Shown in pieces: positions 27,501 through 40,853 of a stretch of DNA of 64,000 bases. The notes under the pieces were generated by a model. It made no database searches, had not been told where the DNA came from, and saw nothing but the letters and a program-made list of their open reading frames with translations. Position numbers and translations under genes: made by a program. This stretch comes from Trichoplax sp. H2 (taxonomy: Eukaryota): NCBI GenBank assembly GCA_003344405.1, contig NOWV01000010.1, positions 868,001 through 932,000 of the forward strand. The letters are read 5' to 3'. How positions within the stretch are numbered: position 1 is the stretch's first letter; each line of letters opens with the position of its first letter.

Positions 27501-29670
27501 AGTTATTAGTAAACAAACTATTACCGGTGTATATTCCAGATTGTTGGCTTTCAAAAAACTGTCGATCCCACCAGCACTTTCTTGATTGAATCGATATCTA
27601 AAACGTATCGTATATCTAATTTAACTGATAGCTTAAATGGAAGCGATATTTCATTGCTAATCTAATATTATTATACTGTATTCAGAGGTACTGACTTGAA
27701 TAATTCCATTTCATGCATTAAGAACCAACGACGCAAATTCTCTCTATTAAACAGCAATGAAAGCTTTTAAAACCTTGTCAATTTTGTTGTAACGACACTA
27801 AGATAGATCCTTTCGCACGCCCAGATATATACAGTAGGATAATTTAGATAATAGTGGTCAGCAGTATTGTAGATAGTAAAATATGTATCTAAATATTCTA
27901 GTATTCCATAGGAATATACTCCAGTTAACACTATGTAATCAATATCGACACCGAATATATTCTGTTTACAACTATCACTATCTTAATTATAATATAAAGT
28001 ACATAGTGTAGACAATGTATGAGAGTAAATCATTTCTTGCAGGAAGTTTGACTGTCTGAAGTTAGAGTTGGTAGCAGAAATATAGATAAGTAATTTCTAT
28101 GGTCTTAACGTTTTACTAGGTGTAGATCGTGATCGGCAAAGCTTTCTATTTTGTGATATCAGCTCATTATTTCAACTAGCGAGAATATACAGTACTATCT
28201 CCATAACTCACTGTGTAATACTGCCATACTATCAGGAAAGAAATAACATTCAAATGATTGGAAAATATAGTCATATTTACATTTGAATATTTATATATAT
28301 CATATACTGTATTCTACTAACTGATGGGAGTTAAAAAGGTATTGATATAAACATTGCATTGTACATAAATTACTTGAAATTAAAGAAAACACTTACGATC
28401 TGCAATACGCGAGTCTGAGAATAAAATGAGAAATATGATCCTTTCTGATTTCCTGATTAATGGCGTCCGCATTATCTAGCTCCTAATTTTAAATTAAAGG
28501 AAAGAGATGAGTTTTATTCTTGTCAAGTCCGGCAACAATCCTGTCTTGTTTATTAAATAATATAAATACTGTTTCGTATTGCAGTCGTAAAACTTAGGTT
28601 ATTTAATAGATGATATATAGAGATAGGCATGGACTATATTCTCTACCGGATATGATAAGATGAGAAGGTAACATGATAAAAGATACGCTTAATACTGTAC
28701 AGTATATAGTTACTGGGCGTATATAAGTTGGTATCAAGGTTAAACCGAAATATTATCTATTCATAGTGTCGCCAAGAGTGCAAAATAACGTACTATACTA
28801 CGACTACTTTAGCATCAGTCATAGATAGAAAAGTATCGATTATACATAAATTAACGTTTAAGAGCGTAGCTTACATCATCATTTGTAAAGGTTTACAAAT
28901 GTACTTTTGGTTTAAGTTACAACTTTAACTTTTTAGGTTCAGACTGACCTGTCGAGCGACGTTAGGTAGAAAAGCTTTGTATAATTTCGTCATTTCTCGT
29001 TCATATTCAGGTGAATTCTTTTGATAACGAAGGAGAGCATTTTCTATTCCTTTCAGTACTTTAAAATTGAAACAGGTATTCATAGATTAAAGGACTCAAT
29101 AGCAGTCGAAAGTATTTATTTCAGAACAGATTATTTAGCATTGATGATATCAACATCAATGTACAATTTTCTTCTAAATCCAACATTTGCCAGAGCAGAG
29201 TTTGATTATACTGTAGTCTTGACAGTGTGAAGGATAAATCATTCCATCTGGGATAGTCTTAATCGCATATTAAGCTGATCACTATGCTATTACAGCTTTT
29301 GAAGAGTTATTGCTATCCAATCCTTCAAATGATCACTAACGTATGCTACTTTTAGGAAATAAATGAGTTTCAATATTCTATTTAGGATCGTAGAGGCCAA
29401 TCTTAGCATCCTGCTAATTTAATGTCATGGATGCAATTTGGCGGGAAAATTTGATCTGGAGGCGGTGATACCGACAACTGCAGTACTGCTTATTTTGCGC
29501 TATGTAACTTTAATGTTACCTTTCAATCGATCGATAGCAAATCTTTCGAAATCTTCTAGCGAGATATTGTCAATCGGCGGCTTAGAATAGAACTGTAAAG
29601 TATGAGTTGCTCTTATTTTAGTCTTGTGGAGACGATGATTTCTTCGATCGGTGTTGCTTGAAAACTGCAT
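24572..29670 (-). CDS. PRIM2: DNA primase large subunit (p58), about 18 exons
   Basis: [138 protein letters not shown]. The four Fe-S cluster cysteines are present; stop TAA at 24574-24572. Confidence 0.97.
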
Positions 29671-29744
29671 GATCTGCCATCCACCATCAAATCTTCATCT
29701 AATGACAGCACAGTCAATATGCTTCCAGTCTCCGGTGGTCTGTT

Positions 29745-29875
29745 GTACTGTACAGTACTGTACCGCCAGATACACTCTACTGTAAATACAGTACTGTAAT
29801 ACAGTATACAGTACTGTAGTCCAGTACAGTCCAGTACTACAGTACAGTGCAATGACTGAGAAAGTACTGTACACT
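29745..29875. repeat. ACTGT/ACAGT pentamer-rich simple repeat just upstream of the PRIM2 start
   Basis: GTACTGTACAGTACTGTAC...CAGTACTGTAATACAGTATACAGTACTGTAGTCCAGTACAGTCCAGTAC, 75-205 bp from the ATG. Confidence 0.85.
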
Positions 29876-30104
29876 ACACCAGTGTTTTGCAAGCTTTCCT
29901 TATTATTCACTCCGAAATCCAAAACTCCAATTTTTTAATTTTTTAACATCCCTTTCAATCCGAATCCAGAGACATGATTTTTTAAAATCGGACTCCAATC
30001 GGTATAGTCCTGTACATTGCATATTGGCTGAGCTTTGGCTCAAGTAGGATTCATACGGGTGACAATAGAATGCAGTACATTGATACTACCGTAGAGTCTT
30101 AACT

Positions 30105-30336
30105 AAAAATGATGTCACGGTACGATCGCGTCCTATTATAGGCAGCTAATGGTGACATCATTTTTGCTCGCAATTTCTTTAGTAAGACTAACAAACAGTA
30201 CATAGAAATTTAGCTAGGTACACGTACAGTCGGCTAGCTCGTACTGTACAGCCATAGTGGACGGCGCTTACAGTATACTGTATCATACTTTATGCAGTTT
30301 AGCATCGAGCAAAAACCGTGTCACCAATATCAGCCT
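30105..30336. repeat. Nested inverted repeats (MITE-like relic or hairpin)
   Basis: Perfect 14-bp pair AAAAATGATGTCAC (30105-30118) / GTGACATCATTTTT (30152-30165). Also 30140-30170 is the reverse complement of 30306-30336 at 25 of 31 positions. Confidence 0.7.
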
Positions 30337-32369
30337 AACGTACCTGTGTTTTTACTGTCTATGCTCAAGCGAGCAAATAAGTACCCTAATTAAAAGGTCT
30401 CAATTTATATTCCAGTCACAACAAATTTTACTAATGGAGCCCTCATATCAATTTAAAGTATACTTCCATAGTACAATACAGTATATATTAATGGATAGCT
30501 GTACACCACGTACGTATGCTTATGTAATATTGACATTATATTGTCGAACCACTACCGTAAATTGACCGCATTTGAGCTATTTTATTGATGGACTACTTGC
30601 AGCATGCAACTATAGACTGAGAGTAGAGCGTCATTGTATAGCAATAGTTGTATGACAAAATGTAAACTAGTCATCGCATTTACGGTAAACGAGTAAAACT
30701 TATATCGTATTTCCGTTCATATATCTACAATTTTAGTCCTTCAATAAATACAGTATAAATAATGAACAATTCAGACCCTATAATCTATTTTATAACAGGA
30801 TACAGTACAGTATATCATAGCATCATATGACTTTATCATGATGTAAGAAATAAGAACCTTAAGATTGAAACCACATCTAAAACATTAATGAATCACCCTA
30901 GCAGTTATTCTGATCAAAACGTTCAAATAATAGTAGAATTATTTCCTTTTTTTATTTTAGAAGTCAATCACAGTGTAATCATTGGTTACTATTTATTATA
31001 AGGATCAAACATCATCTGTAAATACCGGAAATCCCAGAATGTCATCGTAGCTTCCCGTAATGCGTAAATCATAATTCTAATTAAATATATTACATATACA
31101 GTATACGCGTACGTGTATGTGATATATACGAATATATCTTGATAAGTTAAAAATACATCAATACATGCACCTGAAATTATTATATTATTAATTAAAATCT
31201 CGCGAATAATTTGCTGTCGTATATGATACGTATACGTGTAAAATTGCCCTAAGCTAAACCATTCATAACTTATTATATAACGATATTAGATCTTAATTAT
31301 TCATTACGTAAAATGTTGGCTACACAAAACTATGAAAATTGATTTATAAGCAACTCTTGTAATGAATAGACTAAGTTACTTTACATGATTTCATAATCAA
31401 TTCTATAATTGTAAAGGTTTGCTATTAATGACAAACCGCTGTAATAAAGTCTTGCATACGATTATGTTACTTTAACAGCAATTAATCAGGGGTAATGTTG
31501 ATATTGCGATTTTTATAGTTTTAGTAAGTAGTACAATTGACAAACTGTATCGTTCACAGGCTATTTATGTCCATTTAGAGTTTGTATAAGTTAGAATTGG
31601 TGACGTCAAGCAGACAAAATCTTACCACCGGCCAAATCATTATGTATTGCAACGTATTATGGTAATAACACGATTAAAGTATTTGTAAATTGTTAAGATA
31701 GAATATAACAGCAAAACAAGACAGTAATATACACAATTAAAAGCCTTACATTCTTTCCAATATTACGAATAATACCAATTTCATTACGCTTATAAGGCTA
31801 AATCGTTCTGATTCAATAATATATTAGGTTATAATCCAAGTGTCAGAAATACTTCACGTACTAAGCTGATACAAAATTCAAATTGTGGAATACATCGCAG
31901 AGATGTAAGACAAATATTTCTCTTACTATTCCGTAACATGACCTCGTACTATACGTAGTTTTGAGTCAATTCGTTGGAAAAAGTTCTTGATCTGTTCAAA
32001 GTTTACATTGCACGCTTACTTGAGATATGATATTAATGCAGCAATTTGATAATAACATGAAAGTGATATTATCTTCATTTGCAATATATACTTTACTATA
32101 CAGTAACTAATTATATTATTATACTATGGAATCCTGTAATTTTCTTCCGTCGATTATACAAGTATTTTTTTGATGAATTAGATTTGATTGGTATAATATA
32201 GACATTGAGTTATTTTCTCTCTGATTCACTGCATATATATTTTTGCGGTAACATTAGATGCGTGGTATCCATTAATTGACCATTTACGACCTTTACTCAA
32301 GCATGGGGTAGTTTATAATACATTTATATTTTATGATAAATATATATATATATAAAAGACGTAGAGTAC

Positions 32370-35031
32370 TCATTGGCCTGCACAAATTAAACACTGCCCT
32401 CCAGTATTACTAGTGCAAGGAAAGTGGCTATACGCACCACAAGTAATACAAGCTGTCATGCCTTTTAATTCACATTTACAGGTTTTAGGAATATTATAAG
32501 TGCGACGAATATGGATGTCGTTAGTAGGAGGCAGATTACTCGCTGCTACACTACTATTTGTAACTTCTTCCTCAGGTAATGGGGTTGTTGTTAGAAATTT
32601 TTCCTTAGAAATATTTACATCATCCGGTTTTAAGTCGGATTTTTTCTTATCTGCTTGCTTCTTTTTACCTTTTCCCTTAAAATCAGCTAATTCCTTAGAT
32701 TGCCTTGTACGCTTAGGCGATTGTTTCTTTTTCTCTTGATTTTTGGATATACTAGTATTATCAATATTTTTGTTCTTTCTTTTCTTTGATATGGCGCCTT
32801 TAGTAGTGGTAGTGGCAGAATTATCAGTAGTGTCCATCTTATCCTTAAGTAATGGATCTGTAAGGCAAGGGGTTGTTAAAGGATTTTGATTGCAGTCTTT
32901 ATCATATTCTTTCTTTAGGCTATATACAACACCAACCATAATTGCAAGGTCAATGTATTTTTCAAGAAAGTAGAATTTTCAAAGTTTTATAATCGAGCTA
33001 ATTACCTATCGCCCCAAGACATCTCGAAATTTTCCTTCTGTAGTTCATACAATGATAGAAACTGTTGTTACTAACTTACAAGTACATTAAAACAATGCTA
33101 AAGTATATACCATATATAATATATATATGTCATTAGGGCATCAATTTCGCATTTTGTTATTAAAATTAAGAGTAGTTATTACAATATAATCAATTAATAA
33201 ATTAACTAACCTTCCAAGGATCAAGTTTAGCCATTTTTTTCGCCTGCTGTTTGACTTTTGCTTTTGTTTTAGGCGTAAATTCACCTAGAATCAGTTGAAG
33301 ATGACAGTAGCAAAAACATAAATAAAATTTTATATTATCAAAATGTTAATTGCAAAGTTTCTAACGTGAAGTATTAGTACGATAATAAAAAAGATAAATT
33401 GTTATTTCTAAAACATTTTCGTTGCCATGATAGTGATTAACACTTTCGTCCCTACCTTCAGATAGTTTTAGTCTCCATTCTAAACAAGCACTATTAAAGA
33501 ATTCATTGGATAAACAAGATGACGATAACCTAAATTAATGATTCCAGTATTAGTTACTTATATTAATTGATCGGTTAAATCAGTTCCTATTATTTTAGAT
33601 TAGTAAGCAGGTAGGCTCTTGCGGATCTGCCAACCTTAATTGATTGTTCTGAGTTACTTCACGGTCAACCTCGGGTAGCAATTTTAAAAGTTGATATTGA
33701 TGGGTTAATGGTAATTTTTCAAACGTGGCTTCGCTAATTATGCCCTAAGTTATTTAATATTATATGGAATTTCATGATTGTTACATAAACTAGCAATCTC
33801 TATACAGCAGTAGGAAATAATTCCCAATTTACAGTAAGGTAATAGCTATGTATTAGTTAAATACTTTGTTAATAATGAAGTTAAGATTTAATCCTTTTCG
33901 CTTACCTTTAAATCAGTATGGACGAGGATAGAACTAGGAGTTTCTAAGTCTATAGAACCATTAGATAGACGTTTCAGTTGTACAGCTATGTGAAAAAATT
34001 AAAGTGGAAATCGATAAATAGCTAAAATTGATAAAAAATTTACATCAACCAGATAGTGTACAAAATATCCCTACCAGGGCTAGCGCCTTTCTTCGTTCTC
34101 TGCAAAATTAAGTATATTAATTATCCAAAAGGCAATAAAATACATCAATTTTAGGTTTTTAATTTTTATTTAGTAGTATACGAAAGAACAGTTAAAGCAT
34201 TACATCCGACAACTAAGTCAGCTCTATTTACCGGTTTATTGGATCTCTTTGGCGTAGGTTTAATAGTAAGAGGATTAGAAAGTACAGGTTCAGGTATATC
34301 GGATGTAGCTATAATTGATTAGTTGTCAAATGCAATTAATAAAATATAGTTCAGAAATGTTAGTTAGCTAAGGTAAATAATAGTAATCTTCAAAAAATAA
34401 CGTCTTACTAGGATTAACTTTCTCTGATGTATGCTGAATAATATCTTCAAATCCTTTACGATTGCTGTTGGATTTATCTTTCGTTACGGAAGTATTTTTG
34501 ATTAAATGCTTTCCGTGTGTTTTCTTGTGGGTCAATTTCTTTGATGATTTTTTATTTCTTTGCTTCTTTTTCTTACAGGTGTTAGCCTGATGCATTTCTT
34601 TTATGACCATATCAGCTAAATTATTTAACTCTTTATCGATTTCCATTTTCTTCTTGGACCGTGGGATAAATTTATTGCATAATAAAATTCAGAATATAAA
34701 GGTACATGTAATTTTTAAAAATATAAGTTGATGACTTATTTCTTAAGATCGCAGAAGGTTACAACTTGATAGCGTTGATATTATTTGAGTGATGATACGA
34801 GTCAGCCTATTCAATATGCACTGTACACGTCTACTACCAACTGTACGGTGAATGATACTGTTATCTTTATCGATTTTCGGTCTAAAATATGCTTAATTAC
34901 ATATTTATACTTGTTGAAGTCTATAGGGACATCGCAGTATCGCTAGGTCATGACGTATGATTTTTATTTACCTCAGAGGATTTCTCAGATTTGTTAACTG
35001 AGGCGGTAGGATGATTATTGACGTCCGTCAT
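32370..35031 (-). CDS. ASXL: Additional sex combs-like protein (DEUBAD domain plus C-terminal atypical PHD), 10 coding exons, about 445 aa
   Basis: LKRLSNGSIDLETPSSILVHTDLKGIISEATFEKLPLTHQYQLLKLLPEVDR..LSNEFFNSACLEWRLKLSEGEFTP..LDPWKKENFEMSWG (DEUBAD); C-terminal CKCELKGMTACITCGAYSHFPC..CLIC. Exon phases match. The ATG at 35031 is the most upstream start I can support. Confidence 0.9.
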
Positions 35032-38000
35032 AATCTCTATAATTTATTCGCATCTGGGAAATTATCAGTGATAAGAACATGAGAAAATATTTGCATGGAA
35101 ACGTTTCGATGCCGATCTACACTATTTCTTGAGAACAATTTCTTACTTCTACAATACAGGATAATAAATGGATACATAAAGTAAATTTCATTCAATCTAC
35201 GTGCATAACAGCTGCGCAATGACTGGATTCCTTTTATATCATTTATCATCACGCGAGTGATGGATGATATATTAACTGCAAGCTATTTTAAGACTAGCGA
35301 GTAGATTTGGTATTGTGCAATAGTTTCACTTTCAAATTCATAGCAAGGTATAATATACGTATACGTTTTAAGCATTCATTCATTATCTGTTTACAGCAAC
35401 TCAGTAAGAAGTGTTGGAACTTCCGAAGGTTTGATCATGGACACGTAAAACGCGTACTCTTCTTCCACTACAGTGCTGTAAAGTAGTGCAAAAATACTGT
35501 ACTATCCTGTACTAGTAGGTACAGTATGTATCGCTACCACAAGGCAGAGTCACAAAGGTAAAAAAATTTTCTTTTTTTGGCCTCTGCTAGGATCACTGCT
35601 ACTACCTATGGTGGCTACTACTGTATACTGTACATTCCCATAGTACAGTGTCGACGTACTCGAATTTTTTATTTCTAATTTAACTGGTCTATAGTTCCCT
35701 TGTAGATCAACTCGTTCTCTTTCCATTGGTATAAAATTTAAAATTTGTTGAAGAAAGCACAAACAATTTAATACATTTGCTTTGGCAAACACCATAGAAA
35801 TTTGCCCGTCCACCGTGTACATAAAAAGAAGAAAGAACTGCAGTACAATGTACGGTACTAAATACTCTATGCTGTACTGTAAATGAAATGAATACCTGCT
35901 GACAGGCTGCAGTAAGAACACAGTAGGCTAAGATTATCGTGAGTGCCTTTCTAAATTTATCGGGGCACTACATGATTAAGACGTGTATAAAGAGTCTACG
36001 GTTGATAGATTAGTTGAAATTGATAGATATTATCGGAAAGTACTACACACTCATGCACTCATAGTGTGCTATAAATATCTGTGGAAGTAAAGTAATGCAT
36101 TGTTAAGCGTGTGTATCAGCCAAATGGTTAGCAAAGATGGAATTCTTCATCGCTATCGTATTCAACCCTCCAGCATTGACTAATCATGTTACATGTACAG
36201 TAGAATGTGACTATGTGTTAAGTAGATAGTGATTTGATAAAAGTTGTCTCTCAATTCACGTGCTATGAAAACACTTAGACTGTTACAGTAGTTTAGATAA
36301 ATATAATAATCAGATAATTTGAGGAATATAGTACTTGTCGACACAGTTCTATTCCAAAAATACACCACAACCATGGTCTAGAGCAGCATAGTAAAGTAGC
36401 AAAACCCCTGATACGATACATAACTCATACATGAAATTATTACTGTATTGTACCTCGAAAGCTGCCATGACTCGATCTCAATCTGAATCTAGTCTATTCG
36501 TCCATTAGTTTCTAATTTCATACTGCAAGCCTCTGTGAGTTTCAAATATAGAGTTTTACGACTTGGTACACTGTCGAATTATCGCAGGTTGGGTACAGAT
36601 ATTTATAATTTAGCTGTATAGTACGAGTATTGACAATTCAAGCAGTTTTCAGTTCGTCAAGCTAGTAATAAGCTTGAATAAATCCAAATCGGTAAGACAA
36701 TTTCAGATACACTGTATGGATCCAGTATACAGTACGGTATTACATGCATTTTCCTATTTGACTTTTCGACTCCAGTAGTCATTCGAGCGCTACTGTTTGA
36801 TGACTGATATTGTGTAAACATATTAATATTAGCAGTGGAACTACAGTATGAATACTGTGGATTCTATCGATTTGGATCTGGCAATCGATTGGCATTTTTT
36901 AGAATTCAAGAATTGCATTTAATGGAGTCATGTCTCTACAGTACATCTTATAATAATAGTACTTTAACAAGTATTGACTAGAGAAGTGGCGTATTTTAAG
37001 TCAATGTGTAGGAGTTGTTGTAATCTCCAAAACTTTGAGTGGAAAAAACGATCGATGCAGTATTGCATTTTTAACTTTATGACTGACTGTCAGAAAAATG
37101 TACAGCAGAATGGAGTGGGAATTGACTGATCCAATACTTTTGTATATTCCATATACTACATGTACGCGTATATTAGTGAATTTTCACCTAGACTGGAGTG
37201 AATTATCACTGTATTTTCCATTCAGTCTCAAGCTAGCTTCAGCTATCTTACTCCATTTCGCTAGTCTGGCATAGAAATGATTCAAGTCAACAGGCAAATA
37301 GGGAAATTTGCACTCCACTAAGCACAATTGTAGGGTAAGTGTTTATGATCAACATTGTTTTTGGATGATCCTACTGTACTACAGAATAGACTGGATCGCA
37401 GATATTTCAAGTCTGTTGATTGAATCTATCCTACCGACTATAAGAAATTGTCAATAAGCATTGGCTTTTTGAAATGGAATGTATATCCTCAGATGGGACC
37501 CATGATTGTAGAATGCATTGTACCGTCATGTTGTTGGTATGAACACTTTGCAAGCGCGAGGATGGTGAGTGTGCTGAATGTACACTTGTACAGTACTCAG
37601 TGCCAAAAAACAAACAAGAAACAACTGCCAATGAAGCTAGACTGAAGGACAACTAAATCAATCATGGTGGTTGTTCACTACGAAGGCAATAGGATATGAT
37701 GTCCATACAGTAAAAGATGGAAGATAGATATGATTGTACACTTAGGTTACTTACCTTTCAATGTAAAACGTTGGCTGACGAACGCATGGAGTGGCTCTCC
37801 TTCAATTTTTGATTAGTACAACCCCACAGTTTCGATCGGATCGTCAAATGACCAAAGCAACTTCCATCAAAGTACACAAAAAAGGTGATTTTCGAGGTTA
37901 AACTGGTCAGGTCATCCACCCATACTGTACTGTACAACTAGGCAGACACCTGGTTGTCATGACTCTTCTGGACACAGTACTATCCAGTAGAAGTCGCTGA

Positions 38001-38054
38001 TACTGGTACAGTGCGGTAATGGTGAACCACAGGCGGCCCCTAAAAATGTTCTTG

Positions 38055-38290
38055 CAGTCCAGTCCGATCCAGTCCAGCCCGGCCCGAACCAATCCAGTCC
38101 GAACCAGTCCAGTACTGTATTCGTAGTGTGGTCGTTGGATGAAACGGTACGATACCGCAATGTACTGTAGCTAATTTGTACTACACAGTACTGTACAGTA
38201 CAGTACATACTTGAGAGAGCGGACTTGCCGTGCGCTAAGAATAAGGCAGACTACTGTACTGTACTGTATGATCCACACCACAACTGTACA
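38055..38290. repeat. Pentamer arrays (CAGTC)n and (ACTGT/ACAGT)n upstream of a probable non-coding first exon of ASXL
   Basis: CAGTCCAGTCCGATCCAGTCCAGCCCGGCCCGAACCAATCCAGTCC and ACAGTACTGTACAGTACAGTAC; strong minus-strand donor AAG|GTAAGT near 37755. Confidence 0.75.
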
Positions 38291-38727
38291 TTGTACTCCA
38301 TTAATACCTGGTGCTGATCGAAAGCAAGAGAGTAATAGCAACTACCCAATATTTGCAATATAGGTACTGTACAGAAGCATCGTTAATTGAAGGTTGTCAT
38401 TCCATTTTTCTACTGTTACAATCAGGCAAAGACGGAAAGAACCAATTTATATCAAATTCTTGAATTTCAGCAACTTGAGTAGTCTGTTAAATACTCTGTT
38501 GCACCTGTTGTCGGCCCGTTTCCGTCCGTCTTCATCTTTCAAGCATTCCTATAAAGACTCAGTATTGTAGCATCAAGAGTCCTGGAGTCCTTGAGAATGT
38601 ACCCTGTACAGTACCGTATATAACTCCATATTGTTGAGATGCGAAATGGACAGATTCAAGTATCTTGCGCTGTACTGTACTGTAGAGTGCAGTACCTGAT
38701 GATGTGTACAGGCTCAGTCACTAGTCC

Positions 38728-40853
38728 ATATATATATATATATATATAACAATATTCTAGATAGACGTTTACATTTACTATCGAAGGGCCGAAAGACTCT
38801 TTCCACCACAGCTTGTGATAATTCATTCATTTTCATTTTTAGAAGTTATACAGTACACGATACAGTATCCATCATGCATTGCAGTACAGTTTCTCCAATA
38901 GAAAGTGTCACTCCATATTCCTACAGTACAGTAGTACGATGGCACTGTACAGTACATTGTACAGTATTTTAAGAGCTCTTATACAGTACAGTACTGTACT
39001 GTACAGTACATACTGATACAGTACAGTACTGTACTGTACACATTTGGCATGATACAGTACAGTACAGTATACAGTACAGTACATTGTACAGCTGTCGTAC
39101 TGTACACTGTGAGTTTTGACGACAATCGTCTTGTACAGTACATGTACACTATCCACATTTGCCATGATACAGTATACTGTACTGTACATTGTACAACAGT
39201 CGTACTGTACACTGTGACGACAATCGTCTTGTACGGTGGCATATACAGTACTGGACCGGACAGGACGGACTGAATTCCTAAGATGTATTTTAAGAGCTCT
39301 TCTACACATTATTGAGTAACTGGACCGTGCCCATAGCAGAGTGCCTAAGACCGGTCAGCGCATACTGTATGTATCATATTGGAGTAGAGCAAAACACTGC
39401 GCCCATAGTAAAGTCGCTTGAATAATTTGCGTTTTACTCCATGTCCAAATTGAAGTTAAGCCCAATCAAACTGCCTTCAACAGTGACAAGTTGCTTTCAA
39501 TGAGGTCAGTAAGAATAAAGTAAAGCTCTTTCTATTACGGTGCATTGGCTTAACATGAAAGTTGACACTGGCCATGTACTTAGTAGTACTTGGAAGTTTT
39601 GTAAGCTTCAAGTAGGAACGAGAGTGCCAGTGTCAATGGTGTCCACTTGAGGGAAGGTCATGTGGTACTGCCTAGTAGAATTGTTCACACTGTAGTAAAG
39701 ATCAATCATCATTTCTCATCCATAATCAATANNNNNNNNNNNNNNNNNNNNATATATATATATATATATATAACAATATTCTAGATAGACGTTTACATTT
39801 ACTATCGAAGGGCCGAAAGACTCTTTCCACGACAGCTTGTGATAATGCATTCATTTTCATTTTTAGAAGTACACTGTACAGTACAGTGTACAGTACACGA
39901 TGAAAGCGTCACTCCATATTCCTACAGTACAGTACAGTAGTACGATGGCACTGTACAGTACTGTACTGTACTATTGAGTGTACAGTACAGTACTGTACAT
40001 TGTATTTTAAGAGCTCTTATACTGTACTGTACAGTACTGTACAGTAGTACGATGGCACTGTACTGTCCTATTGAGTGTACAGTACAGTACATTGTATTTT
40101 AAGAGCTCTTATACTGTACTGTACTGTACAGTACTGTACACTGTGAGTTTTGACGACAATCGTCTTGTACTGTACAGTACAGTACTGTAGTGCTGTAGAC
40201 GTCGAGCGATTGGACGTCCAACGGACGTTCGGTATGTACAGTACTGTACAGTACGTTCGTTGTCAGATCGGACGTCGACGAACTGTACTGTACAGTACAG
40301 TACAGTGTACAGTGTACAGTACGTATAGTACAGTGTACTGTATACAGTCAGTTTGTACTGTACACTGTGACGACAATCGTCTCGTACGGTGGCATACTGT
40401 ATCCAGTACTGGACTGGACAGGACGGACTGAATTCCTAAAGTGTATTCCTAAAGTGTAAAGAGCTCTTAAGACCGGTCAGCGCATACTGTATGTATCATA
40501 TTGGAGTAGAGCAAAACACTGCGCCCATAGTGAAGTCGCTCGAATAATTTGCGTTTTACTCCATGTCCAAATTAAAGTTAAGCCCAATCAAACTGCCTTC
40601 AACAGTGACAAGTTGCTTTCAATGAGGTCAGTAAGAATAAAGTAAAGCTCTTTCTATTACGGTGCATTGGCTTAACATGAAAGTTGACACTGGCCATGTA
40701 CTTAGTAGTACTTGGAAGTTTTGTAAGCTTCAAGTAGGAACGAGAGTGCCAGTGTCAATGGTGTCCACTTGAGGGAAGGTCATGTGGTACTGCCTAGTAG
40801 AATTGTTCACACTGTAGTAAAGATCAATCATCATTTCTCATCCATAATCAATA
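38728..40853. repeat. ~1 kb segment present twice (38728-39731 and 39752-40853) on either side of a 20-N gap (39732-39751); contains TACTGTACAG-type satellite
   Basis: Both copies begin (TA)nACAATATTCTAGATAGACG and end CATTTCTCATCCATAATCAATA. The 3' ~380 bp are nearly identical, while the satellite-rich middles differ. Confidence 0.92.

Noticed and set aside
30165-30190. AATTTCTTTAG as the Sm site of an snRNA
   Set aside because: The surrounding sequence does not match any spliceosomal or U7 snRNA I can recognise.
34655-34680. Possible non-canonical (AC) acceptor in ASXL at TTTATCCCAC
   Set aside because: A canonical AG a few bases on (CCAAG|AAGAAAATG) gives the correct phase with the upstream GT donor, and no U12-type donor is present.
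38908-40431. ORFs rich in Y/C/T/V/S/Q (38908-39309, 38979-39242, 39049-39273, 40150-40431, also 29613-29922 and 37907-38208)
   Set aside because: These are translations of the ACTGT/ACAGT repeats, which happen to lack stop codons; no protein-like features.
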